Shown here: positions 13,201-28,857 of the stretch, piece by piece
Position numbering within the stretch: the stretch's first letter is position 1
Layout of the letters: the number at the start of each line of letters is the position of its first letter
NCBI RefSeq assembly: GCF_009914755.1
Contig: NC_060936.1
From: the human T2T-CHM13v2.0 reference genome, Homo sapiens
Direction: 5' to 3' (one strand)
Length of the DNA: 64,000 bases
Notes under the pieces: generated by a model
Told to the model about the DNA's origin: nothing
Database searches by the model: none
Seen by the model: only the letters and a program-made list of their open reading frames with translations
Made by a program: the position numbers and the translations under genes

Positions 13201-13929
13201 CTACTCAGATCTTTTGATGAAAAAACGTCAGGCGCTCTATGACACCTGGATAAAAGAGACTTTGAAAATATACATTTCTGTTCTATTACAGCTGCCCAAA
13301 TTCACGCATTTTCCTGGCCCCTCCATAGTTATCCAAGGGCAACCAGATTTTTTTTTTCTTTCTGAGCAAAGTCCAGGGTTAGGGATGTGGAGAATAGCTA
13401 AAACAAGATTAGATGTTCCTTAGATCCTTTAAGGAGGACTTTTATGTGAAAGTATTAGTTACCAGTCCTGGGGTATTTTAGCTTAAATTTTAAAAGTACA
13501 ATTTGAGGATTTAATATTATACTGTATTATAAAATCTAACAAGTGCTAAAGAAATAAGCAATTCAGAATTCAAAATACTAAAAAACCCAAAATGGAATAT
13601 AAAATAGTGCTGTTTTGCAAATTTTGGGGACTCTGCACACTGTCTGACACAAACTAGCTCAACGCAATCTCTATTTTAACTTGATTATTCTCAGTTAAAA
13701 TAATCAAAAAGTAGGTCTCAACTTATCCTCCCAAATCTCTCTTCATCATGCATGTAGCACGTGAGTCACCTATGAGGCTTTCAACAATATGAAATGCCTG
13801 GGTCTCATTATCCAGAGGTTTTAGTTTGGCATTTTTCACTTTTAAAAAACTCTGACTTATTTGGATACACCAAAAACTTAGAAAACCACTAGCTAGGAAC
13901 ACAACGTTAGTCACTTTAGGGCAGTTTTC

Positions 13930-14061
13930 AGGCTCAGCATTCCCTGGCCTCTACTCTATAGATGTCACAACACTCTTCCCTTCAGTGTGACAACCAAAAA
14001 CGTCTCCAGACACTGCCAAATGTCACCTGGGGGCAAAATCAACTCCAGCTGAGAGCCACTG
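13930..14061 (+). mobile_element. MER20 (hAT-Charlie) 3' part
   Basis: agcattccctggcctctact...tgacaaccaaaaacgtctccagacactgccaaatgtcacctgggggcaaaatc...gagagccactg. Confidence 0.8.
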
Positions 14062-16079
14062 GTCTAAGGACTGACAGCTGGAAAATACCAGGGTTATGGT
14101 CTTCAATTGACACATAGGTATTAATATTTTGGAGGCGGGGGGCAGTCTTTCCTGGCAACAGGGAGTAGGTCTAACTCTAAAATTCCTATTCCAGTCATCA
14201 CATAATCTTTCTTAATCCTTCTTTAAAGCAGTTCATTTTCTAGACACCTTTCCTTCCTAATTTCTCCTCCTTTGAAAGGCTGAAGTCATTCTTCATCCAT
14301 TTTCAGGGCAATAAGAATTCCCCTCCTTAAGATCCCCCCTGCCTTCTTGTAAATACTTTCTCCTCTATTCTCAACAATGTTCTCATATTCTTATTAGGTT
14401 TACATTCAAACGGCTCCCATCCACAGTGACAGCACATGGAGACAGTGGTCATAATTAGTTTGCCTCCAGCAACTGCTCTGCAGTTGAACTAGGTCTCTCT
14501 GTTTTTCTGGCTACCACAGCCTTGAAGATTAGAACTTTGAAAGAATGACCTTTTCCTGAATGAATTATGCCCTGTCTGAAGGCAACATATCCAGCAAGCA
14601 GGAAAACATAACTCCTGTAATTAATGCATTGTGACACATCTGCTTTTTGATGAGGCTTTAGGTATCTAATAAACATCTGTAACTATCTTAAAAAGGTATC
14701 TATCACATTGATAAGGGTCAAAAGCCTATAGGAAACAACTATTATTCAAGAGAAATGCTCTACTCTCTTTATACTGACAGTTTCTTGGGATTCTCCAGAC
14801 TCGAATCCCAGTGTCAAGTCAACTTACAGAACTATACATCCCTGGTCCTCATCTCTCTACTACGGAATTACTTTTACAGGATTATAACATTATACCTTTA
14901 GCATTTTTCTACAGAGCAGCAAAATAGCCATATGTAGAATATCTTTTTATATATTTTTAATTACCATGGAGGAAACTGTCTATGTTGCTCAATGTTCTTT
15001 ATGTAAAAACGAAGGTGACACCTCGAAAAAACAAACAAACAAAAACAAACAAAAAAAGTAGGTGACAAATTCCCCTGGAAACTAGGGGGAAATAACCTCT
15101 TTCTCCTGATCAAGAGGTACACTTTCTATTACAGAAGAACGAATATTAAAGAGCTCTTCCTGTTCTCCTTTTGTGTTTGGCTACTAGGAGAGCAGACCTA
15201 AATTCTTTGCCCCATTCCGGCAAATTTCCTCCGTTAAGAACTTTGGGCAAAACTGTTTGTCTACCCCATTCTTGCTTGTCTTTTTATTTTTATGTTAATG
15301 ATTTTCAGGTGAGTTTTTTACTACAGGCTGCTGAACTATACTGCAGATAAGTAGGCTTATGAATGTGGGTGTTAAAAAAAATACAGAGTTGTTCAACATG
15401 GATGTTTTCCTAGATTAAGTTTTGATGTTTATACAACCGACTTGAAGAACACAAAAAGTTTATCTGAAATCCATTCATCAAGGCTAAGTTCTCCATACTG
15501 TTTTGTAACTTATTTTAAAATGATGGATATCATGTATGTGATACATAATGGATGATGAATATTATTTGGACAAAACTCATTATGAGTAAAGAAACAAAAT
15601 TACATGTCTCTACATTCGAGTGGGTGGGTTACAAAATTACAAGCAGCAATCCCTGCAACAGGATTCCAGTGTTCTAGGCTTCTACCCCATTCTAACTATG
15701 AGGAAAATGAAATTTCATTCCATTACCATTTACTGGGACTCTGCTTTGAGAAGAGCACTAAAATAATTTGGCTCCCAAATGACCTCCAATATCGAACTTG
15801 GTGTGCTGCCGTGTAATAATCTTCCCAAGAGCATCAGCTTCCTTCTAAGTGTTAGACCCTGCCCCATTTTGTCTTTTATTTGACGAGGTTGGCTCTTTTC
15901 TTGGTGTTTCCCCTTAAGTTTACAACTTGCAGATTTCTCCCCTTCTATCAAGTTTTGATTTCTCTTTGCCCCATCTAAGACTGACATTCCAAAATCAGAA
16001 CTCTGCACTTTTATTCGTCTGCTGTCCCTGCCTCCCCCATAGCCACAGATTCACTGTAACAGAACTCTGCTCTACTTTC

Positions 16080-16920
16080 TCGAGCACATCGGTCTTCCGG
16101 CCATAAGGTATCAGGTCCTTCCTTTCCTTCGGCTCTTATGGTGCCGTACCCGATCGGTCTGGTCTCCCAGCGTTGGGTACGTTAGAGATTTAAGTCTTTT
16201 CCCCAACTCCAGGTAGCTCCACAGATCCGCCTTCCTTCCCCCAAACCCCCGAGACCCCATCTCCACAACTTCGGCCTCAGTCCCCAGATCCACCCACTTC
16301 CAGGGCGTCAACGTCTCCTCCCCCTCACCGGGTCCTCAAGTCCTGAGTCTGACGCCCCCCGCCTCCACCCCAACCCTGGGCTGCACTGCTCCGCCGCGTC
16401 CGCACGCACCCACTCGTTGGCCCGATGGCCGAAGGTGTACAGAGCCACCTGGCTGGCCACGTCCACGATGCGGTTGATATAGGGGTCGTGGCGCTGCAGG
16501 GCCGCTAGGCTGATGTCGCGCCCCTTTCCCACCAGGCCGCCTGCCGCCACGGCTGCCATCTTCCCTCCCTCCCAGACATAGGCACGGGGCTCTTGGAAGC
16601 CACTCTCAATAGATCGCAGAACGAGCGAGCTGCCTCGCAACCGAGAACCCACGGCGACCACACGGCCCGGGAGGCCTTCCGGCTCCAGTCACCCCCACCC
16701 TCCTGCCCGCCGACAGACGCAAGGCCTCACTAATCGATGGCCGCGCCCCGCCCACTGAGGATCGTTGCCACTGGCAACGACAAGCCCAGGCCTGCCCTCT
16801 GCATCCCGTTTCTTTCTCCAAGAGCTGTTTTTCTACGCGCTCGAGCCTTTGAGCTGTGTGTGCGGTAGGATTTCCTTCTTGGATGTGTTCGACCCCTTGG
16901 CATATCTTTTCTTTGGCGCT
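16080..16920. promoter_or_regulatory. DCP1B: CpG-island promoter of DCP1B
   Basis: GC- and CpG-dense stretch spanning exon 1. GC box CCCCGCCC at 16746-16753, YY1-like AAGATGGC over the ATG, palindromic X-box at 16762-16780; no TATA box seen. Confidence 0.9.
16410..16559 (-). CDS. DCP1B: DCP1B coding exon 1 (codons 1-50, MAAVAAGGLV...GHRANEW)
   Basis: Translation matches the DCP1B N-terminus (DISLAALQRHDPYINRIVDVASQVALYTF). ATG is in strong Kozak context AAGATGG. The exon is 150 nt, ends in phase 0, and is followed by donor GTGCGT at 16409-16404. It lies in a CpG island. Confidence 0.97.
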
Positions 16921-17013
16921 TCAGTGATCAAATCTATCACAATAAATAAGCCTCGAGCATCAAGAACTCTGAAGAGAAAGAGAACTGAATTGATTTCTGA
17001 ATGCGCTAACACC

Positions 17014-18648
<1,635 letters not shown>

Positions 18649-20228
18649 TTAGAACAACTGTGCAGACATTACTACTCACATTCATAAATTCTTACCTATT
18701 TGATATAGAAATATCATAGATACGGCACACATACCCTCTCATAATAATATGTTGCAATATAATCTTTGCAGTCACAATTTCAATTGTACTGAAATTCTTG
18801 GTTAAGCTGCATTTTGGAGTCTCAGTCCTATTGACTCCCAAGCCTAACTTCCCAGTGGGGAAGAATACAGCAATGGCTTTCAAACAACTTTTTTTTGACT
18901 GAGGCTGGGGTCATTTGCAGTCTGACTGAGAACATATGTTTATATATTTATACCTGATATTAACTAGAATAAATGTTTCAATACTAAGTATACAGACATT
19001 TTTTAAAATGCTATTTGTGACTTTGTAAATTGGTTTCATGACCAACTAATGGATTGTGACCTGTAGTTTGAAAAACATAGGGCTGCAGCAACTGAGCAAC
19101 CACACAAAGCTGACTAGACAACTTTCCATGTTAGTTCACTACCTTTTTCCAGTGTTACTGACCTCTTTGCTCTTAATCACATATGTGCTTCTAAAAACAA
19201 GTTTAATCTGTAATATGGGCAATGGAGAATTTTGTGATTAATTCTTGAACTAGTCACACTCTCTCACTTGATTAGCTGTTCTAATTTTGATTTTTCAGCA
19301 TGAACCCACAGATTCTACTTTGCATTTCCCTCGTACATATAATGAGGCATTGTTTTTCTTTTGTCTGTTAAGTTCCATGATCCTTACACAGATCATTGTC
19401 CTCATAATTTTTCAGTCTTTCCATCTTTAAAGTGTAAAGAATAGATCATGGCCTCCAAAGAACGAATTGCTTTGAGCTCATTAGAGAAGACAGGCAATAT
19501 AGGGGCCATTGTAAAAGCTTAAATGTTCATAAAACAAAAGTGTATACAAGTCTTAGTGATCTGTATGACTACAATTGCAAAGCATTTATGGAGTGCTCAC
19601 TTGATGAAATTCATTAATTCTTCATGATTTATTATTGCTTCTTGTGTCTGTGCTGAAATTACATGGTCATGTCTTCTCCAGTCTTTGATCTCACTGATGA
19701 GTAAGATGAAGATACCCTTACTTTGCTTACGGGGAAAATTTCACATATGTGAACAACATGCTAATATGACCCTTAGTAGAGAAGAGTTAATTTTTTGTGT
19801 GTTTAGAGTTAATGAAACAACCCATCTTCTGTTCTAACCTCCTTGTATCTGAACTCTTTTCTCCCAAGTATCTTACACATTCCTATCTCTGTACCTTTGC
19901 CCATCTGTCTTCTTAGCTTGGAATGACCTTTTCCTGGAAAACTCACCTCCTGTCTTCTCCCATACAATCCTTTCAGCCTATGAATCCTCATTGCATTCTG
20001 TTGCGATTTTTCTTGTGGCACTTAGCTCACTTTATCCTGACTTAGACTTATTTATTTACTACGTTACATATACATTTTTTTCCAATTCTAAAAAAAAACA
20101 GTCATTGTAATAAAAGAGAATTGTTATAGAAAATCTAGCCTGAAAACATTATTGCAATTGAACAAGAAATTGGGCTTTGAGTTTCTTGACAGATAAGCAA
20201 AAAGGAGGAAATAGTATGTTTCATAAAG

Positions 20229-20462
20229 TTTTACTTATTTATTTATTTATTTATTTATTTTTTGAGACAGGGTCTTTCTCTGTCGCTCAGGCTGGAGTGC
20301 AGTGGCACAATCACAGCTCACTGCAGACTTGACCTCCTGGGTTCAAGCACTCCTCCCACCCCAGCCTCCCAGGTAGCTGGGACCACAGGCTGGTGCCACC
20401 ATGCCCGGCCAATGTTTTTTATATTTTGTAGTGATGGGGTCTCACTACGTTGCTCAGGATGG
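20229..20462 (-). mobile_element. 5'-truncated AluJ with (TAAA)n tail
   Basis: Reverse Alu right arm and linker; left arm stops after gttgctcaggatgg. Confidence 0.85.
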
Positions 20463-20592
20463 AGATGTTATTTTTCATGTTTTGTAGTGATGGGGTCTCA
20501 CTATGTTGCTCAGGATGGAGATGTTACTTTTTATGTTTTGTAGTGATGGGGTCTCACTACGTTGCTCAGGATGGAGATGTTATTTTTTATGT
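20415..20592 (+). repeat. 56-bp tandem repeat, about 3 copies
   Basis: gtagtgatggggtctcacta(c/t)gttgctcaggatggagatgtta starts at 20428, 20484 and 20540. Confidence 0.93.
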
Positions 20593-22994
20593 GCTTATCA
20601 CCACGTAGTCTCCCTAGCACTTGGTCCAATGCCTTGTACATAATAGAGATTCAATAAATGCTTATTCTTTTGAACTAAACCCTGAGTTAGTTGAATTTAC
20701 TCATTAAATGTCAGCATTTTTTAAAGAGCTCATGATTTATAAAATAATGAAATCCAAGTTGGGATAAAAAAACGTGCAATAGCAAGTCCTGTTCTCTCAG
20801 ATTTTATATTCTAAGGGAGATAGAAAAACATGGAAAGGTTTTTGGTTTTTTAACTTTCAAACAAAAAACTCTTGAAGATTAGAAATCATACTCAGAGAAA
20901 AAAGATAAATAATGTTGCAATGACTTCAGCATTGCCATATTGTTCATCTCCCTGGCCCACAGAGATTTATTTATTTTTTATTCTTTTTTCCTCCCCACAA
21001 AGGCCTAAAGCTCTGACCTTCTAGGATGACGCCAGCCTTCTGCCTTCTTTCTATTTGAATAATCTGTGTTTGTAAAACCAGGTCATCATCACTTAACCAA
21101 ATATACTAAGTTGCAGGCTCGATATTAGTAAAAGACCATTTCGAATAGGCAAATTCTTTTTTAATCCGTGTAACTTCCATTTCTGTTGGCGCCCAGAGTG
21201 CTGGCGTACTTCCACTGTGTTTCCATAAGCCTCATGATGATACCTTGGACAAATATTGGTGACTTCGAGTTTCATGATTATATTATAATTGTCATTATGA
21301 GATTAAACATATGCTCACACTTGGTTTTACAAAGTTGGATACTGCAATTTAAAACAAGTTTGTAGAATGATAAAAAAATAATGTTTGGGTCTGGAATTTT
21401 TATACCATGGCAATGACTGAGTAAGACAAAATTCAGCATCTAATCAATTAAGGTAATTGTAAGAAGACAGTATGTTTAGATTCTTTGAAAATCAGAATAT
21501 AACTGAAAACTGGTTTTGTAGGCATGAATGAATGTTTGCATACAAATATAGATTGACTATATCATCACAATTTTAAAACACAAATACACAGTCTGCTTTA
21601 TTAGTACTCTTTTCTTTGTTGTGTAAATACCCTCTAAGTCTGGCATTTGTCCTGTAGTAGAATATGTTAGAATGGAGAGGAAGAGAGGAGCTTTCAGGAT
21701 GCCCCTAAGAATTTGTGATTCTGAGATGACTTAGCCTCTGATGCTATGCTTTTGCCATCTGTATGAGTTGCCCTTTTTTTGCTAGGAATTTTATTCCAAA
21801 GGATGATAGAAGTGAACAATTAACTCTCTCTCCCTGTGGAGGAGAACAGTTTGAAGCAGTGTGTTATCAGTTGTTTTCAATGCATGGTTCATTTATGTTT
21901 TAAGCAGCAGAGCACAGTAGGAAGGGCACCCCCTCCTGGAAAGGGAAACTAGTTTCACCTCTTTCTATCTACGTGACCTTCAACAAATGACCTCACCTAT
22001 ACCCTGGGGAACATAATATTTGCTCTACCAATTTCACTGGGTAAATGAGATCAAGTGAGAAAATGTACCAGAAAAAGCTTTGCAATCTGTACAATGTACT
22101 GCAAATAGAAAAAAAACCCAAAAAACTATTACAATTAGTAGTAGTAAGAGTATCACTATCTTCATCATCATTATTATTAGTTTCATGACCAGTATTATTC
22201 TTTCTAATAGAAGCCCAGAAGCGATACTTTTAATCCAATTACCCAATTAGTGTTCAAATCAAAAAAATTCTGCATAAGTGACAAAGAATATGTTAATTCC
22301 CAGGGCAGCACATTCCCAATATTTTTATACGCTAAAGGATGCAAGTTAAAACATATTTATCAGAAACTTCACAGAGGAAGATAAAATATAGGAGACATAG
22401 CTCTTTGTTCTGCAGGGTTATACAAAAGGTTAAGATTTGAAACAATTGTTTGAGAGCCAGAGCAGAATGAGAAGGGGCAGATAATGGGGTGAAGACTGGG
22501 GAATGTGGGGAAGGCAGACATCTACCAGGGGGGGCTTTTGCTAGGGTAAGAGGTAACCTGTACCTTTGAAAAAGTCAGAAATTCTCCAGTCTGGGCCTTA
22601 TAGCTCCCTGGACTAGACCTCTCTTAACTTGACCTGGAGGGGGACTGGGGTAATTAGAGCTTTTTGGAGTGGAGAGATCACTCTTGAATTGACCACTCTC
22701 TTTGCTTCTCTCTGCCAGTCCCATGAAATCTATTAATTTACTGTCACTGTCAGGAGTCAGGTGAAAGCTCAGTGGGTCTAGAGGATCTCTACAATAGCTA
22801 CACCTTTTGATTTGCTTCTTTGTATTTCTGGGCATCACCCTAAGATATGAGGAAGCACCTTTAATTCCACATGAAGAGATCATTGGCTTAAAATGCAAAG
22901 ACCTGATAGTGCTACCCAACGTCCACGAGTCTCAAAGTAATCAGTCATTTGATTATCAACAGGGAGAAAAAGATGTTAAGAAAGAGGAAGTAGA

Positions 22995-23314
<320 letters not shown>

Positions 23315-24435
23315 GAGGAAGTAGAAACTGCAGAAGACAAATCTCTGTTTTATTCTCAGTGTACCATGGAAAGGACAATGGAAGTTGCTGGCCATGCCTC
23401 TGAAAACACAGGCAGCTCTGTGTCACATTATTGAGGAAGATGATATTGGATGTGGCTGATTTCACATACAGGAGCCTTGTCCTGGGACATGGAGGAGTGT
23501 TGAGGGTGGTCACCAGATTGCCTTTCCCATTAACTAGGTGTGCACTAGCTGATTCATTATCATAGCGCTAAGGTCATAGAGGGATGACCCGAATGATTAT
23601 CTGCTTTGAGCAAAGAACCCACAGTTCTGGGCAAGTCACTTCACTTCTCTGTGTAATAAAGAGATTGAATTAGAAGAGTGCTACGCAGCTACGGATTCTG
23701 TGGTTCTCTATTAAGCTACCTCGGTTCATATCAAATGCGTATCAAATCTTTACAAACATGTAGAAAAGCCCAGAAACAATACTGAACAATATGTTTAGGG
23801 AAACATCTCACATTGAAATTAGGTCAGGAAAGCAGCCCATTAAAGACTTTTTAACGTTAAATCAAAACTAAGGGCCGAAAAGCCTTTCTTCTTCCATTTG
23901 TTGTGTTCCCTCATGCTCGAAGGAAAGCTGTTGTTGTGGGGAGAAAGGAATGTTTCCCCTTGCCATCCTGTAGGTGGCTTCCTGCCAGGGTGGATGGGCT
24001 CTCGCTGTAGATTGCTAATCCAGGTGAAATGAGTATTTCAAATCACCTGTGATGATTTGCATGGCAGTCTGTAAGAAGCAGTTGGGAAAGAGTGTCAGAG
24101 CCTCCTTGGTGGAATGCATTTGAAGAATTTTGTAATTACTTATTGTTCTTACAACCTACTATGTTACCTTTTCACCTTGTCATTGATTTTTCTCTTTTTA
24201 AACTGATGTATGAAGCCCCAAAGGTAATTGAACTGCAAAATATTGTGCTAAACTAACCTTAAGTCCAAGATGAGAGGCTTTGGAAAAATACTTGGCTTGG
24301 TCAGGAGCTAGAACTCTAATAGTGGGGACTAGGGGGTAGAGGGATGAAGGGGAGGTATAGTATCTACTTCTATAATGCTGAGATTTAAGAATATTTCCTT
24401 ACCCGGTCCCTCAAGCCTATCATAAATATTCTATA

Positions 24436-24648
24436 TTGGGTTGACAAATTACAGCTCACAGGCTAAATCTGGCCCTCTGCCTGTCGTGTAAATAAAATTT
24501 TGTTTGAACACAGCCATGCTCACTGGATTGTCTATGGCTGTTTGCACCTTGCAACAGCAGAGTTGAGTAGTTGCAACAGAGACCATGTGATCTGCAAAGC
24601 CTAAAATATTTACTATCTAGTCCTTTACAGAAAAAGGCTTTTGGCCTG
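24436..24648 (+). mobile_element. MER58A (hAT-Charlie)
   Basis: aaatctggccc...gtaaataaaattttgtttgaacacagccatgc...gcagagttgagtagttgcaacagagacc...gcctaaaatatttactatct. Confidence 0.82.
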
Positions 24649-27600
24649 TATTATTTAAACAAATCCATACGTGAGTTATACTGAGGACTCTCTACATGCT
24701 CAGTAGGCACCCAGTTTGTGCACATTGTAAATACACAATAGATTGGAAGCCCAGTTTCTATTCTCAAGGAATTTAAAATCTAGTTGAGGAGACAAAGACT
24801 AGCATACATGAAAAAATGTGAACAGTAAAATACAGTGTATAATCAAGGGTTCAGCTGTGATGTACAGGCAAGTACCAGAATTTGGAGAAAAGGAAGGAGG
24901 ATCAGTGAGACCTCTAGTAGTTGGGGAAAGCAATATTTAGTATAAAAAGTTCCAGGACACAATAAGAGCTTGGATGCTCCCTTGAGATCCATTGTAATTG
25001 GATGTGACCTGTATTTCTACTCCAGTGTCATTTAAATCACTGTTATTTTTGGCCTTGTGCTTAGAGGACACCTAAATGACCAGAAATATTTCTGAGTGAC
25101 TTTAGCTGACTGATTTTTCTGGGATTTGGGATTCCTTCAATCTCCCTAAACTACAGAAAATTAAACCTAGCCATAGTGGCATAATGTCTTTCTCTTTTGG
25201 AGACAATACAGCAAAATGATTGCAAGCATGAGCTCTGCAGTCAAAGAAACCCGTCTCAATCTCCCTCTAGCTGTGTAAACTTGGGGAGACTCTAAAGCTC
25301 TGGGCCTCAGTTTCTTCATCTATAAAATAGAGACAACAATAGTGGTAACCTGCTAGCGTTACTGTGACAACTAGATAATATAATGCCTGTGACGTGTTTA
25401 GAATATAAAGTGCCTGCCTGGTATGAAGCTAGGTCTCCATGAGTGTTTAGTCATTGGCCCTTGCTCCTGAGAATAGCAAGATTTATATCCTGCACAAAAG
25501 AGTCATACTTAGTTCCAGAACAAAAATTAGTACTTTATCATTTATAAAGGCACTTATAACAAAATGTACTAATGTAAAGCAAAGAATTACTGCTCCTCAT
25601 TTTTTGGTTTACTAATGGTTATAATTTTTAATTTTTAACAAATTGCCATTGCCAGGCCCCTGATTTATTTCTGTGATGTCCTTGGGGATCTTGGGACCAG
25701 GAGCATGATGCAAAAAACACAGATACAGATCTCTGCTCTGATACTAATGCAGGAATCTTGGGTGTTTTCAGGACCTGTTGTGACTGTCTTTGGAGGTAAG
25801 GCAGAGGGCAGTGGTACCAGCCTTGTGGGCTGGAAGGCAGCATCTGTAGGTTCTCACCCATTTCTGTGGGTATGGAAGAAATTACGTAGAATCCAGACCA
25901 GTTTTTCTTATCTCTAATAAGGAGATAATGTTATAACATTTATTTTTGTGCTTGTTGTGAGTATTGCTGAAAGAGCTCTTAGAAACACTTTAAGTGTTTT
26001 GATGTAATCATAAAATATGAGGCTTTAGAAGTAGGGTTTGAGCATCCACAGAAGGCTCTGTTTTCTCTGTGGATAATGTCTGATGATAACATTGTTTTCT
26101 GTTTTCCTTGAGGTAATTTGAAGATTAAAGGGAAGGGTGTTTTCCACATTTCCTGTTGGTAATAAATAGCCCTCTCCCAGTGCTTTGACCTTCCCCTGCT
26201 GCTATGGAGACTCCTAGGAGCAGTGACCAGGACTGCAGCCAGCCAGGCCCGTGTTATTAACAGGGCTGGCTCCGTGGGCCTTCAGTATTAGTGTATTTAT
26301 AAACAACCCCAAACACTGAAACCACTGTTTGGTTTTGTTCGCTTTTATTAAAAATTATATGGACTTTAGAAGAAAACAACAAACTGTCAGAAAAATAGGC
26401 ATCTTTTTTTTTTTTAACCCAAATAAGCCTGTGTTTAGTCTATAATGGGAGAGTTCTTATAATAAGCATAGCAACTCATGGCTCAGCACTTTCCCATGGA
26501 GTAGGTAGCAAGTATTGCTTATTCGCTTATGAGATAACCTTTACATTTAATCACTTGTCCATTCAATGAATATTTATGAAGCTCTTACCATGAGACAGGC
26601 ACCGGGCTAGGAGCTGGGAATATTGCAGTGAACAAGACAGGCACATTCCCTGCCTTCCTAGAACTTAGAGTCTCACGGGGAAAATGGACACATAAGCAGG
26701 TAATCAAAATAAAGTGCGTTGAGTGTGAAAAGTTTGGGATGCTATGGGAGCATGGCAGAGGCCCAAGAGAGGCTCCAGTTTCTTTACATGAATTGCCAAG
26801 TGTATCGACCTGAAGACACTGTACCTCCTGTCTTTGTGCCTAGACCAGGGTAGAATGGTCCTAAGAGTTAGAGGCTGGTCTCAGTTATTCTTGGACATAA
26901 GACTTTTCTGGTTGGCTTGAGCTTTAGGCCTTACAGAGGAGCCAGAGACTTGTCTGGGTAGTGCCATAGGTGTCATGCTAAAGCCACCTTGTCCCCACTG
27001 GCCTTGGAGCTAGTCAGACTCAGAGCCTCCCAAGAGCACTGGGAATGGGAGCAATCCCTTCCTGCTCACGGACTGGCAGGTCTTGGCCCAGGGATTCACC
27101 TATGCAAATAGTATATCCTTGAGCCACCAGTAGTTTTTACCTGCTCAGCTTTCTCCTGTTCTCCTTCTTGGAGTTTCCTTTCCCAAGAAAACAGACTGGA
27201 TCTTCTGCTTCTCCAAACCCATCCCTCTGAGGCAGGGCTGAGAAGACCATGTTGCTCTATGAAAGGGCTAGTTTACCAGTCAGGGGACTCTGCTTCTGTA
27301 CTCTCTCTCCCTTTACCTGGTGCCGAAAGACCATCCTCAATTAGGGCTGACAAGGGGCACCCGTTGGGCTACATTTATCCTCCTTATTCTTAAGAAGCTA
27401 CAGCTTTTACTTGCTGTACAGCATCTAACAAAATAAGACTGTGTTAGCTTATCCCAGCCCCAAGTTTTCTGTAGTGGAGGCTGAAAACTTCAGGGGAAAG
27501 CTGTCTGGAGTCAGATGTGGAGAGTCTAGGAGTCCCCTGTTTGCCAGGGCCTAAGGTGGGAAGTGGAGCAAGGGCAGGGATAATTTGTAGGCATTCAAGC

Positions 27601-28549
27601 TAGAATTATTGCCAAGATAGGTGGCTTCAGCCACCTCTTTGTACAGAAGAGACTGAAGCACAGAGAAGTGGCTTTTGGGAGGATACAATGGCATAGAGTA
27701 GAGAGAGCCTAGGGCGAAAGTTCTCAACCCTGGCCACACTTTAAAATTGCTGGAAGGCATTTAAAAAGAAGCCCCATGGCCAGGGCTCATCCAGAGGAGT
27801 TAATAGGATTCTGAAGTTGGGCCCTGGTCAGTCTCAAAGTGATTCAAACAGCAGGCAGAATGGAGAACCACTGGACAGCCTGGTTGGCAGCCTCTGCACT
27901 TCCTGGGTTCAGATCTCTCTCAGCTAGTATGGTACTTGGGCAGTTCACCTGTCCTAGGTAAACCTCAGCTTCCTTCTCAATAAAATGAGGTTGCTAATCA
28001 TATCTATTTGGTAAGATTATTTTTGAGGATTAAACAAGAAAATACAAATAAAGTACCTGGGACATATCAAGCACTTAATAAATACAAATCACTGACTTTG
28101 TTATTTGGTAATGACAGAACAGGACTAGACTTCAGGTCTCCGATTTCCAGGCAATGCTCTTTCTACCAGGAGGATTTATCAAGGCTTATAATGACCAATT
28201 CAGTGGGAAATGGGGTGCTCCATCTTTAAAATAATTACCTTTATTCAAAAAGACATGAATGACTTCATTTCTTAGTTCGGTGTCTCCTGGTTGAAATCAT
28301 TCATATATTTGTTCATTTGTTTGTTCTTTGATTTGACAAACATTTCCTGAGTGTCTTATTAGGTGCCAAGTACTTATCAGGTCCCGAGTACTGTCAAACA
28401 ACAGTACTCAGTACAACAAAATACATCAGTACAACAAAATAAATACAGACCCTGCCTTCCAGGAGCTTAAAGTTTAATGGAGGAGATACACTAAAACTAA
28501 CTATTGTACAATGTATCAATGTATTGATTGTGACAATGGGTTTGTTTAA

Positions 28550-28857
<308 letters not shown>

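Noticed and set aside
16560-16661. Open in-frame extension upstream of the DCP1B ATG
   Set aside because: Needs a non-AUG start and a far upstream TSS; stop codons are scarce in GC-rich DNA.
21234-21340. C-box-like ATGATGA (possible snoRNA)
   Set aside because: No CTGA D box or terminal stem at a suitable distance.
24021-24049. Inverted CAGGTGA...TCACCTG (hairpin or bipartite ZEB site)
   Set aside because: 7-bp arms are too short to exceed chance.
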